NCBI GenBank assembly: GCA_963722795.1
Contig: CAVROD010000004.1
Coordinates: forward strand, 203,443 to 267,442
Direction: 5' to 3'
DNA: 64,000 nt
Source: an uncultured Actinomycetes bacterium
GTDB taxonomy: Bacteria; Actinomycetota; UBA4738; HRBIN12
The notes under the pieces were generated by a model, which was given only the letters and a program-made list of their open reading frames with translations, was not told where the DNA came from and did not search any database. This document shows positions 9,203 through 18,823 of the stretch, piece by piece. The position numbers and the translations under genes are program-made. The number at the start of each line of letters is the position of its first letter. Position 1 is the first letter of the stretch.

Positions 9203-9299
9203 CCCAGAGGGCGGCGAAGACCGCGAGGATCATGATGCCCATCAGGATGAACTGCACGCTTCCCTGTTCGAGGAAGGGGAGCTCGAGGTTGGCGATCAT
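9186..9299 (-). CDS. putative small membrane protein (37 aa), last gene of the qcr-like operon; overlaps the rex 3' end
   Basis: ATG at 9299, translating to MIANLELPFLEQGSVQFILMGIMILAVFAALWVTISK with a TAG stop. One TM helix. It lies 22 nt downstream of the preceding membrane-protein gene on the same strand. Confidence 0.35.
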   Translation of the reverse strand: MIANLELPFLEQGSVQFILMGIMILAVFAALWVTISK

Positions 9300-9320
9300 C
9301 GGTTCGTCCTCTCTCGCGGG

Positions 9321-10052
9321 CTAGGCCGGGCCGTACCAGGCGGGTGCGCCGCCCCCGGTCAGGAACTCCTTGCGCTTCTTCTCGGCCCGGTCCATCAGCG
9401 GCAGGAACACCGCGAACGCCACGATCGAGCCGGCCAGGAACATGTACGAGTAGCGGGGCACGCTGCCCCCGTCGTAGTACAGCGAGACGGTCCACAGCGG
9501 TCCGCCGCCCGTGAAGTGCGATTGCACGACGGCGAGCTTCGTGCCGTCGTCCTCGGCGAAGCGGATCGAGTCGATCGCGAACTGGCTGCCGAGCACCGCG
9601 GTGGGGTCGGTCTCGGCGAGCCCCAGCTCTTCGTTCGTCTGCTCGGCGAGGAAGGCCGTCACGGCGCCGCTCGCGCTCTGCACGTCGGCGTTCGCGGCCT
9701 CGGGCACCACCCACGGGTCTCCCGGCCAGGTCCCGAAGGCGGCGTACTCGGTGGAGGTCTCGTCGACCGCGGCCTCGAGCGCCACCCAGGCCGGCTCGGC
9801 TCCGCGCGGTCCGAGGTTGGTCGGCGTCTCGAGGCCCTGCGACCAGAAGCCGAACAGCCAGAGCGCGGACTGCAGGACCATCCAGCCCGAGAACGACACC
9901 GCGAGCACCAGGAACCCGAGCCACCGGCCGAAGATGGCCGTGAGCAGCAGGTACGTGCTGAAGATGAACAGCGTGAAGCCCATGATCGTGACGCCGGCGC
10001 CCTTCCACAGGGTGTCGCACTCGATCGCGAAGCCGAGGCAGCTGTGCTCCAT
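9321..10052 (-). CDS. hypothetical polytopic membrane protein co-operonic with the cytochrome c / Rieske / cytochrome b genes
   Basis: Intact 243-aa ORF with four hydrophobic helices (three N-terminal, one C-terminal) around a ~120-aa hydrophilic domain. Its ATG directly abuts the stop of the upstream cytochrome c gene. Confidence 0.6.
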   Translation of the reverse strand: MEHSCLGFAIECDTLWKGAGVTIMGFTLFIFSTYLLLTAIFGRWLGFLVLAVSFSGWMVLQSALWLFGFWSQGLETPTNLGPRGAEPAWVALEAAVDETSTEYAAFGTWPGDPWVVPEAANADVQSASGAVTAFLAEQTNEELGLAETDPTAVLGSQFAIDSIRFAEDDGTKLAVVQSHFTGGGPLWTVSLYYDGGSVPRYSYMFLAGSIVAFAVFLPLMDRAEKKRKEFLTGGGAPAWYGPA

Positions 10053-10781
10053 CTACGGATCCCTCGGGTTGAGGCCGGGTCCGCCGTTCTCGGGCAGGTT
10101 CTCTTCGAGCGCCCGGGCCGAGGCCTCCTCGTTCAGGCAGACGTTGTCCTCGAACGGCACGTTCTCCGAGCTCATCTCGACGAGGTAGACGACCAGGTCG
10201 TTGATCTGCTGGTCGTTCAGCGCGCCCTGATAGCGGATGCTCCACGACGGCATCGCGCCCCGGCCCTCCTCGAGTCACCTGGTAGATGTCGTCCTGGGAG
10301 AAGATCGCTGGGTGGCGGGGTGCCGAACGGCCCGCGCACAGAGTTCGTGAGGTCCGGCGGGTACGCGAACGCGTCTCCCGCCTGGATCACGCCACCGCGA
10401 AGCTCCGGTCCGTGGCAGCGGACGCAGCCGACGCCGAGCTGGTTCTCCTCGGAGAAGGGCTGCACGGCGAGCTCGCCGCGGTCGTAGGCGAGCGTGAGCA
10501 GCTCGTCCTCCTGACGCAGGTTCTCCGAGGGCTCGCGCAGCCAGTTGTAGGGGATGAAGACCACGAAGAAGGCGACGAGCACGCACGCCCCAGCCCTGCA
10601 GCTTCTGCAGCAGCGGGGTCTCGAGGGCGGCGTCGCTCGGGCCCGGTCGCATGCCACGCGGGATGTCGAGCGGCTGCTCCTGCTGGCGGCTGCGCAGGAA
10701 CAACGCGGCGCCGGCCGCGACCACGAAGATCGCGCCGAGCACGAGCAGGACGATGCCTGCGGTGTTCGTGGCGGCGAGCAT
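10053..10781 (-). CDS. membrane-anchored monohaem c-type cytochrome (electron acceptor of the Rieske/cyt b complex), ~3 frame switches
   Basis: Assembled across three frames: two N-terminal TM helices (IVLLVLGAIFVVAAGAALFL, VLVAFFVVFIPYNW), haem motif CVRCHGP, a Met-ligand region (GGPGRD.MPSW) and the class-I C-terminus QINDLVVYLVEM. Confidence 0.7.
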
Positions 10782-10799
10782 CTCCGTGGCCGTTCCTCT

Positions 10800-11520
10800 C
10801 TATCCGGTCGCCACGCAGAAGGGGCCCTGCGGTGGCTGGTCGATCGTGTCGGCGCCGCGCGGGGGCCCGAGGATCACCTCGGACGTGTCGACGACGACGT
10901 TGCCGTCGGTGATCTCGAGCTTGAACCGGTCCATGCCGCGCAGGCGCCGGGCCGAGCTTGTACTCCCCGGCGCCGTTGTACTTCGAGCCGTGGCACGGGC
11001 ACTCGAACCACTTCGACGACCCGCAGTACGGGCACCCGGCAGCCGAGGTGCACGCATCGCTGGTACAGGGGCATGATGCCCTCGGCCGCGACGCCCTCGG
11101 TCACGTAGTCGACGTCACCGCTCGGTGAGCCGTTGTACCCGACGACGTAGAAGCGGCCGGTGCCGTTGTAGGCCGCGCCCGCCGGACTCGTCGATCTCGG
11201 CCTTGATGTCGGCGACGTTGCCGGCGTCGACGAGCGAGCCGAACCCGCCCTTGAGGTTCGGCCACAGGAACGCGATCGTGGCGCCGCCGAACTGGGCGCC
11301 GAAGACGACAGCGACGTCAGCAGGGAGCGGCGGAAGAAGTCGCGCCGCGAGAGCGACTTGACCGGCTTGCCGGCGACCTCGATCTGCCCGTCGGCGGTCT
11401 CGCGCGGCGGCGCGATTGCGCGCGCACGAACGACAGGCCGAACACGATCGCGAAGATGTCGAGCACCACGAACGCGAGGATCGCGGCGACGAGCGGCGTG
11501 GAGACAGCGCGAGCGTGCTC
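10800..11520 (-). CDS. qcrA: Rieske [2Fe-2S] iron-sulfur subunit (QcrA/PetC-like), at least 4 frame switches
   Basis: Pieces in different frames: TM LVAAILAFVVLDIFAIVFGL; Tat-like SLSRRDFFRRSLLT; FGAQFGGATIAFLWPNLKGGFGSLVDAG; box I CVHLGC; box II CPCHGSKYN; C-terminus GMDRFKLEITDGNVVVDTSEVILGPPRG. TAG stop at 10800. Confidence 0.75.
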
Positions 11521-12360
11521 ACAGCTCGAAGAACACCCCCTGCGCCCACGGCCAGACCCAGTTGTAGCCGGGGCCGCGGAAGAACGAGCCGATGATCGTG
11601 AGGACGCCGCCGAACATGAACAGGATCGTGAACAGCGTGATCGCGATCTTGCGGTCGCCCGGCTTGTTGCTCGGGTTGCGGTCGACGTAGGGCACCGCCG
11701 CGAGCCCGACCAGGATGAACGTGGGGATCGTGATGCCGGCCACCATCGGGTGGAAGTAGCGCAGCAGCTCCTGCAGGCCGAGGAAGTACCACGGCGCCTT
11801 CGACGGGTTCGGCGTGAGGTTGGGGTTCGCGAGCTCGCGCAGCGGCGCGTTGATGAACGTGGAGAACAGCGTCAGGCCCGCGAGCAGGATGAACATCGCG
11901 ACGAACTCTTCGATCAGCAGGTGCGGCCAGACGTTCACGCGGTCGCCCTGCTCGCGCTCGACCCGCTGGATGCCCTCGGGCGGCACCAGCGCCAGCAGGC
12001 GGTGCTTGTCGTCGGCGCCCTTCTTCGGCGTCGGGCACGTTGCCCGTGGGCAGCGGGGCTTCGCGCATCGGGGTCGTGACCGACGCGGCCACGGCCACGG
12101 CGGCAGGTGCCGCGGCACCGGCGGCGGCGGCAGCGGGTGCGGCAGCGGCCGCGCGCGCCGGGCGCGGCCGCCGCGGCCGCGGCACCGGCGCCGGCGGCCT
12201 CGTGCTTCGCTGCCTCCTCGGGGTTGGCGGCGCGGAATGCGCGCACGGCCGGCGACCGAGCGCGACCCTCGGCCACGCGGCGGTCGGTGCCCTTGGCGAG
12301 CTCCGCCTCCAGCGTGGAGTCGAAGACCTCCTGGTCGAGCGGGGTGTCTTCCTTGGCCAT
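11519..12360 (-). CDS. cytochrome b6f-type subunit IV (PetD-like C-terminal half of cytochrome b), Ala-rich N-terminal extension, frame-disrupted
   Basis: Motifs [21 protein letters not shown] and [21 protein letters not shown] match subunit IV / cyt b C-terminal helices. The N-terminus [23 protein letters not shown] lies in another frame. Confidence 0.7.
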
Positions 12361-12377
12361 GTCTCTCCTTGGACTCC

Positions 12378-13150
12378 CTAGAGCGGTCCCGAGATGCCGC
12401 CGTCCTTGCGGATGCGCCAGAAGTGCACCGCGAGGAAGATCACCAGCACGAACGGCAGTGCGATCACATGCAGCGTGTACCAGCGGAGCAGGGTCTCGGG
12501 CCCGACCACGACGCCGCCGAGCAGCAGGAAGTTCGCCTGCTTCGCGATGAACGGCGAGTAGCCCGGCGAGCGACGTGCCCACGGTGACCGCCCAGATCGC
12601 GAGCTGGTCCCACGGCAGCAGGTAGCCGGTGAACGACAGGCCGAGCGTGAGGAACAGCAGGATCACGCCGACGACCCAGTTGAACTCGCGCGGCGGCTTG
12701 TAGGCGCCCGGTGTAGAACACGCGCGCCATGTGCAGCGTGACGCTGAAGACCATGAGGTGGGCGCCCCACCGGTGCAGGTTGCGCACCAGGTCGCCGAAG
12801 AACACCGACGTGCGGATGCTCTGCATGTCGGTGAAGGCCTGCGCGCCGCCGATGTCGGCCGTGGGCCGGTAGAAGAACATCAGGAAGATGCCGGTGATGG
12901 TGAGCAGGATGAACAGGAAGAACGACAGCCCGCCCAGGCAGAACGTGTAGGTCAGCTTCAGCCCGTGCCGCTTCACCTTCACCGGGTGCAGGTGGTAGAG
13001 CACGTTGTTCATCGTCGCGAGCGCGCGGTCGCGCGACGTGTCCTTGTAGCCCTTGCGGAAGATCGACCCCGGCCGGAAGATCGACTTCCAGACCTCGGTC
13101 TCCCTGATCCGGTCACCCAGGTCGCTCGGCGACGGAGGCTTCAGCTTCAC
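12378..13150 (-). CDS. qcrB: cytochrome b6-like (N-terminal cytochrome b, bis-haem), two single-base frame switches
   Basis: Conserved segments [86 protein letters not shown] and [21 protein letters not shown]. The protein stops after ~255 aa, so it is a split b6-type, not a full-length cyt b. Confidence 0.85.
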
Positions 13151-13174
13151 GTCTTCTCCCTCTCGCGTCGCGGC

Positions 13175-13580
13175 TCATCCGGCCTCGGCCTGCGAGGTCG
13201 GCACCTCGGCCATCGTGCGCGTGCCGCCCTTGGAACCCTCGGGCAGTCGCGCATAGTACAGGGTGTCGGTGGGGCAGCGGTCGACGCACACCGAGCATCG
13301 CGTGCAGGCGTTGTCGTCGACGACGAAGATCGGCGTTCGACGTTGTCGACCTCGTCGCCGACCGACGTCGATCGGCCGCGCCCTCGACGATGCCCGGCGA
13401 CATCATGTAGATGCAGTTCCAGGGGCAGACGTCCTCGCAGGCGCGGCACAGGATGCAGTTGTCGGGATCGAGCATCAGGTGCTTCGGCGACTTCACGCCC
13501 TGGGCGAGCCACGCCGGGTCGACGGCCTCCACGACGTAGTCCTCGTGGATGTCGACCTCGGTCTTCGTGTAGGCCATCGC
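13175..13580 (-). CDS. 2[4Fe-4S] ferredoxin-like protein co-operonic with cytochrome b6, one frame switch
   Basis: Starts MAYTKTEVDIHEDYVVEAV... First cluster motif CILCRACEDVCP, second CTRCSVCVDRCP after a frame switch near 13370. Its ATG is 10 nt downstream of the preceding gene's stop. Confidence 0.7.
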
Positions 13581-13590
13581 GCGCCCGATC

Positions 13591-14018
13591 CTACCGGTAT
13601 CCGCCGGTCGGACGGTTGTCGGATTGCCCGCGCAGCTTGCGGCGCCAGTTCTGCATGATCGCCCCGCCGACGAGCACGATGATGATCGGCCCGGTGCTGC
13701 AGGCCCATCGCGACCGCGTCGCGCACCTGCAGCAGCAGCTCGTCGTAGGCGGCCGGCTCGCCGCCCGGCAGCAACGTGGGCAGCTCTTCGAGCGCCGCTT
13801 CGATGTCGGTCGGGCCCTGCCAGCCGAACTTCTGCTCGCGTCAAGTAGAGCCAGAACGACGGGAGCACCGAGGTCGTGATCAGCAGGAAGAACACGAGCC
13901 CGAGCGAGAAGACGACCGCTGTGGTCCACGTCCACTCGAAGTCCTTGAGGAACGCCTCGACGCGTGCCCTTCGGGTCTGCGTGGCCGTGGCGGGCGTCGT
14001 GGTCTCGACCTGGCTCAT
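13591..14018 (-). CDS. hypothetical two-TM membrane protein, first gene of the qcr-like operon, two frame switches
   Basis: SD AGGAGCG then ATG at 14018. Starts MSQVETTTPATATQTRRARVEAFLKDFEWTWTTAVVFSLGLVFFLLITTSVLPSFWLYL... and ends in a second TM GPIIIVLVGGAIMQNWRRKLRG. Confidence 0.5.
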
Positions 14019-14126
14019 ACGCTCCTGTGTTCCTCGCGTGTCTCGTCGGGCGAGTCTGCCTGAGGCGGGGGGATTATAGACATGTGCCGCACGCGCTCGA
14101 CGACCGCCTTCCACGCTTCGCGATGC

Positions 14127-14144
14127 TCGTGAATCGTTTCACAA
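14127..14144. promoter_or_regulatory. Rex operator (ROP) candidate TCGTGAATCGTTTCACAA
   Basis: 17/18 match to the actinobacterial Rex consensus TTGTGAAnnnnTTCACAA. It sits in the divergent intergenic region between the qcr-like operon (start 14018, minus) and ccdA (14214, plus). Confidence 0.55.
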
Positions 14145-14213
14145 GCGCGTCCGTCTACTATCGCTCGGGTACGCCCTCGGTCCGCGCAAGACAACCGAGC
14201 TCGGAGCCGACCG

Positions 14214-14957
14214 TTGATCGCCGACATCGTGCAGACAGGACTCGCCTCGTGGTGGGCGCCCGCGCTCGCGTTCGCCGCCGGGCTCGTGTCCTGTCTCAGC
14301 CCGTGCGTGTGGCCCGCTGCTGCCCGGGCTACGTCTCGTTCGTCACCGGCGAGCGCATCGCGAGCGGCGACGACGGCGAGCGCCCGGCCGCTCGCGCCGA
14401 TGCTGCTGTTCATCGCCGGGTTCACGATCGTGTTCGTGCTGCTCGGCGCGTTCGCCTCGACCTTCGTGCAGATCTTCCGTGGCATCGACCGGCCAGCGGG
14501 TCGGCGGCGCGATCGTGATCGCGTTCGGCGTGCTGATGATCGGCTACGCGCTCGGCCGTGGGTCGCTCGCGCTGTACGCCGAGCGCCGGCCGTTCCTCGC
14601 CCGGGTGCGGCCCGGGCACGGTCGGCGCCGTGCCGCTCGGCATGGCGTTCGCCGCCGGGTGGACGCCCTGCATCGGGCCGGTGCTCGGGTCGATCCTCGT
14701 GATCGCCGCGACGGGCAGCACCGCTCGCGCCGTGCTGCTGCTCGTGAGCTACTCCGCGGGCCTCGGGGTGCCGTTCCTGCTCGTGGGTCTCGGGGTCACG
14801 CGGTTCATGGGAGCCTTCGAGTGGGTGAAGCGCCGCTACACGGCGATCGCCGTCGTGCTCGGGCGCGCTGATGATCGCCGTCGGCGTGCTGCTCTTCACG
14901 GGCGAGTTCACCCGGCTCGTCGCCCCGCTCGCCGAGCGGTTCACCCTGGGTATCTGA
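14214..14957 (+). CDS. ccdA: cytochrome c-type biogenesis protein CcdA (DsbD-family thiol-disulfide transporter), ~3 frame switches
   Basis: LSPCV(LPLLPGY)VSFVTG motif and a second TPCIGPVLGSIL motif with multiple TM helices. At the first disruption the sequence GTGTGGCCCGCTGCTGCCCGGGC is explained by extra C/G bases in C/G runs. Confidence 0.75.
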
Positions 14958-14975
14958 GGGGCGCCGCTAGGATCG

Positions 14976-16624
14976 GTGCTGGCCCCATGTCGTCTCCCCA
15001 GCGCCTCTCGATCGCGCCAGTCGGTCGCCCTCGTGTGGCGGACCCTGCGCTCGATGCGCACGGCGCTGATCCTGCTGCTGCTCATCGCGCTCGCCTCGGT
15101 CGCCGGGTCGCTGCTGCCCGCAGTGGCCCGAACACGCCCGGACCGCGTGCTGCAGTACCAGGTCGACGCACCCGTTCTGGGGCACGTTCTTCGACCGCGC
15201 CGGACTGTTCGACGTCTTCGGGTCCTGGTGGTTCGTGCTGCTCGCGACGCTGCTGTTCGTCTCGCTCGTCGCCTGCCTCGTGCCGCGCACCCGCGCGCTC
15301 TGGCGGGCGTTGCGCACGCCGCCGCGTGCAGGCTCGCGAGATCGACGCCTTCCCGCGCTACGCCGAGGTCGCGCGTCGCCGCGGGCGCCCGAGGCGGCCA
15401 TCGAGGCGGCTCGCGACGGGTGCTGCGCCGTCGGCGGTTCCGGGTGGCGCGCGACCCGGCCGGCCCGCCCTCGCCGCCGAGAAGGGCGTGGCCCGCGAGG
15501 TCGGCAGCCTCGCGTTCCACTGGGCGTTCATCCTGCTGCTCGCCGGCGTCGTCTATGGCAAGGGCACCGGGTTCAGCGGGCTCGTCGCGGTGGTCGAGGG
15601 CCAGACCTGGGTCGACGCCGAGGCGAACTACGACGGCACACTCCGAGCGGGCCGGTTCTTCGACGACTTCACCGGGGTCGGGCTGCGCTTGCGTGACTTC
15701 GGCAGCGAATTCGCGCACACCGGGCAGCCGATGGACTTCGTCTCCGAGGTCGACCTGCTCGACGCCCGACGGCTCGTCGCTGCGACAGGAGTCATCAGGG
15801 TGAACCATCCGGCGAAGATCGACGGCATCTGGATCTATCAGTCGAGCTTCGGGTGGGCGCCGCTCATCGAGGTGACGCTCGACGGCGAGGTCGTCTCGTC
15901 GGGACCCGTGGTCATGGATCGTGACGCCGCGCCCGAGGGGGTCGTCGAGTTCGCGATGCCGTGGCGCGGCGTCGTGAAGCTGCCGGGGGCCGGCGACCAG
16001 GGCCTCGACCGCGCGATCGAGCTCGAGCTCTGGCCCGACAGCACGGCACTCGCGAACCTGGTGCAAGGTGGCGAACCGCAGGCCATGCTTCGCGAGTTCG
16101 ATCCGGTCATCCGCTTCACGGTCTGGGAAGGCGTGCTCGGCGACCTCTCCACGAACCGCCTCGACACGACGACCCTCGAGGACGTCTCGAGCGGCATCGT
16201 CGGCGCCGGGCGCACCGCCGATCTCGCCGACGGCGGCGCCCTGCCCGAGGGCGGCACGGGATCGGGCTCGACGATCTCGTTCCCCGAGCTGCGGCAGTAC
16301 TCGGTGTTCCAGGTCGCGCGCGACCCCGGGGTGCCCCTGGTGCTGGCCGCGGCTATCCTCATCCTCGCGGGCCTGCTGCCCGCGCTGTACAGCTCGCGGC
16401 GCAAGGTCTGGGTGCGCGCCGACCCGGACGGCGACGGGGCGGTGCTGCGTGTCGGCGGGCTCGCGATGCAGCGCAAGCCGCAGTTCGAAGAGGAGTTCGC
16501 TCGGCTCGTCGACGCGCTCGCGTCGGCGGCCGGCAGCGCCCCGGCGCCCGGCCCGCCGACCGGGGCCGGTGACGACCCAGGGGCACAGGAACCAGGAGCG
16601 CAGGAAAGGGTGCCGACGCCGTGA
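14976..16624 (+). CDS. resB: cytochrome c biogenesis protein ResB/Ccs1, ~3 frame switches in the N-terminal third
   Basis: N-terminal TM RTALILLLLIALASVAGSLLP, FWGTFFDRAGLFDVFGSWWFVLL, and a large periplasmic domain (…GIWIYQSSFGWAPLIEVTLDGE…) with a C-terminal TM LVLAAAILILAGLL. Confidence 0.75.
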
Positions 16625-17593
16625 CCGACCTGCAGTGGGCCCGCGTCTCGAACGACGCGTTCAACGTCGCGCTGTTCGCCTACCTCGCCTCGATGCTCGG
16701 CTACTTCGTGTTCCTCGCCTTCAAGCGCGAAGGCGTCTGGCAGGTGTCGAGGGCGGTGGCGGTCGTGGGCGTGGCCGCGAACCTCGTGTCGATCGTGGCG
16801 CGCGGGCTCTCGGCCGACCGCGTGCCGTGGGGAAACATGTACGAGTACTCCTCGCTGCTGGCGATGCTCGTCGTGGTCGGCGCGCTCGTCGTGGTCGAGG
16901 GCGTGTACAAGGTGCGCTCGCTCACCGGCTTCGCCCTGATGTTCAGCGTGCTCACGATGGCGGTGGCCGTGTCGTTCCTCTACGTCGGCCCCGGACCGCT
17001 CGTGCCGGCGCTCAACTCGTACTGGATCAAGATCCACGTGCAGGCGGCGATCTGGGGTTCCTCGCTGTTCGCGCTCGGTGGCATCGCGACGATCGCCTAC
17101 CTCGTGGTGGACCGGTCGGAACAGCGACGGCTCGCGAGGCTCGGCTCGCACACGCCGCCGCCGATCATGGGCGGCTCGATCGACCTCGAGGCCGGCGCCC
17201 CTCGCCCCGACGCACCCGACGACCTGGTGCCCGACTCGGCCGAGGACGTCGCCACCCGGCCCTCGCTCGCGCCGCCTCGTGCCGTCGGCCGCCGGGCTCG
17301 ACCGACTCGCGTACCGCATCATCGCGCTCGCGTTCCCGATCTGGACGTTCGCGGTGATCGCCGGCGCGATCTGGGCGCAGGAAGCCTGGGGGCGCTACTG
17401 GGGCTGGGACCCGAAGGAGACGTGGTCGTTCATCACGTGGGTCATCTTCGCCGGGTACCTGCACGCGCGCGCCACGAGCGGGTGGAAGGGTCGCCGCGCC
17501 GCCGTCATCGCGCTCGTCGGCTTCGTCTCGCTGTTGATCACGTACTACGCCGTGAACCTCTGGATCGTGGGTCTGCACAGCTATGCGAAGTGA
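16621..17593 (+). CDS. resC: cytochrome c biogenesis protein CcsA/ResC (haem exporter), one frame switch near 17280
   Basis: WWD-domain C-terminus WAQEAWGRYWGWDPKETWSFITWVIFAGYLHAR. Start overlaps the resB stop (GTGA). Confidence 0.8.
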
Positions 17594-17706
17594 TGCGGCG
17601 ACGACCTCTGGATGCACGAGGCGTCGGTGATACAGTGCGCGCGTTCCGGCCGGGTCGGGGGCAGGCCGCGGACAGCCGAGCCGTCAGGTAAGGAGCGAGA
17701 GCGATC

Positions 17707-18804
17707 GTGCGGAAGAAGTCGCTGTGGACCCTCGGCCTGATCGCCGTGGGACTGCTGCTCGCGGCATGTTCTCCCGACGCCAGCCAGGACACCCTGCAGC
17801 CCGTCGGCGACGTCGCGAAGCAGCAGAAGGCCCTCTTCGTGCCGGTGTTCTGGGTGGCCGTCGGGGTCTTCGTGATCGTGCAGGGCGGCATCCTGTACAT
17901 CGCCATCCGCTACCGGCACCGCAAGGGCCGCGACCGCATGCCCAGGCAGACCCACGGCAACACCCGGCTCGAGATCGGCTGGACGATCGCCGCCGGCGGT
18001 GGTGCTCGCCGTCGTCATGGTGCCGACGGTGTCGCTGCTCTGGGACCTCGCCCGCCCGCCGGCCGACGGCGCCCTCAACATCACGGTCGAGGGCTACCAG
18101 TGGTGGTGGGGCTTCGCCTATCCCGACGACGACATGGTGACCGACTGGGACACGCCCCATCACGATCGCCGACACGATGGTGGTGCCCACCGGGCGCGAC
18201 GTCTACCTCTCGCTGGAGTCCCGTGGCGGCGGGGCGCAGGACGCGAACGGCGATCCGGACTTCCAGGTGATCCACTCGTTCTGGGTGCCCGAGCTGTTCG
18301 GCAAGCAGGACGTGATGCCGGGCCGGACGAACCACGATCCTGTTCAGCGTCGACGAGCCTGGCACCTACACCGGGCAGTGCGCGGAGTTCTGCGGGCTGC
18401 AGCACGGGCTGATGAAGCTCGAGGTCGTCGCGCTCGCGCCGACGGACTGGGAGGCCTGGGTCGCGAACCAGCAGACGCTGCCGCCGAGCCCGACCGACCC
18501 GCTGGCGAAGCAAGGGGAGGAGCTGTTCCTGAACCCGCTGAGCGACGGTCGCGGCCAGTGCACGGCGTGCCACGCCGTCGGCGACTCGCCGGGCGGCGCG
18601 GCCGCGCCCGAACCTGACGCACTTCGCCGACCCCGACCCACACGTGCTTCGCGGGGTGCAACTGGTCCACCGAGGACCGTGAGGCGCTCGCGGCCTGGCT
18701 CGAGAACCCCGACGCGGTCGAAGCTCGGCGCGAAGATGCCCGACTACGGCCTCACGCCCGAGGAGATCGATGCCCTCGTCGCCTACCTGTACAGCCTGAC
18801 GTGA
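17707..18804 (+). CDS. ctaC: cytochrome c oxidase subunit II with C-terminal cytochrome c domain (caa3-type), ~4 frame switches
   Basis: Lipoprotein-like signal LAACS, CuA motif HSFWVPELFGKQDVMPGRTN...CAEFCGLQHGLM, then a C-terminal CTACH haem-c motif and LTPEEIDALVAYLYSL. Confidence 0.85.
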
Positions 18805-18823
18805 TGGAGGCGATCACCGACCC

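Noticed and set aside
14015-16066. 683-aa minus-strand ORF
   Set aside because: Antisense to ccdA/resB, Arg/Gly/Ala-rich with no recognisable domains. High-GC genomes routinely produce long stop-free antisense frames.
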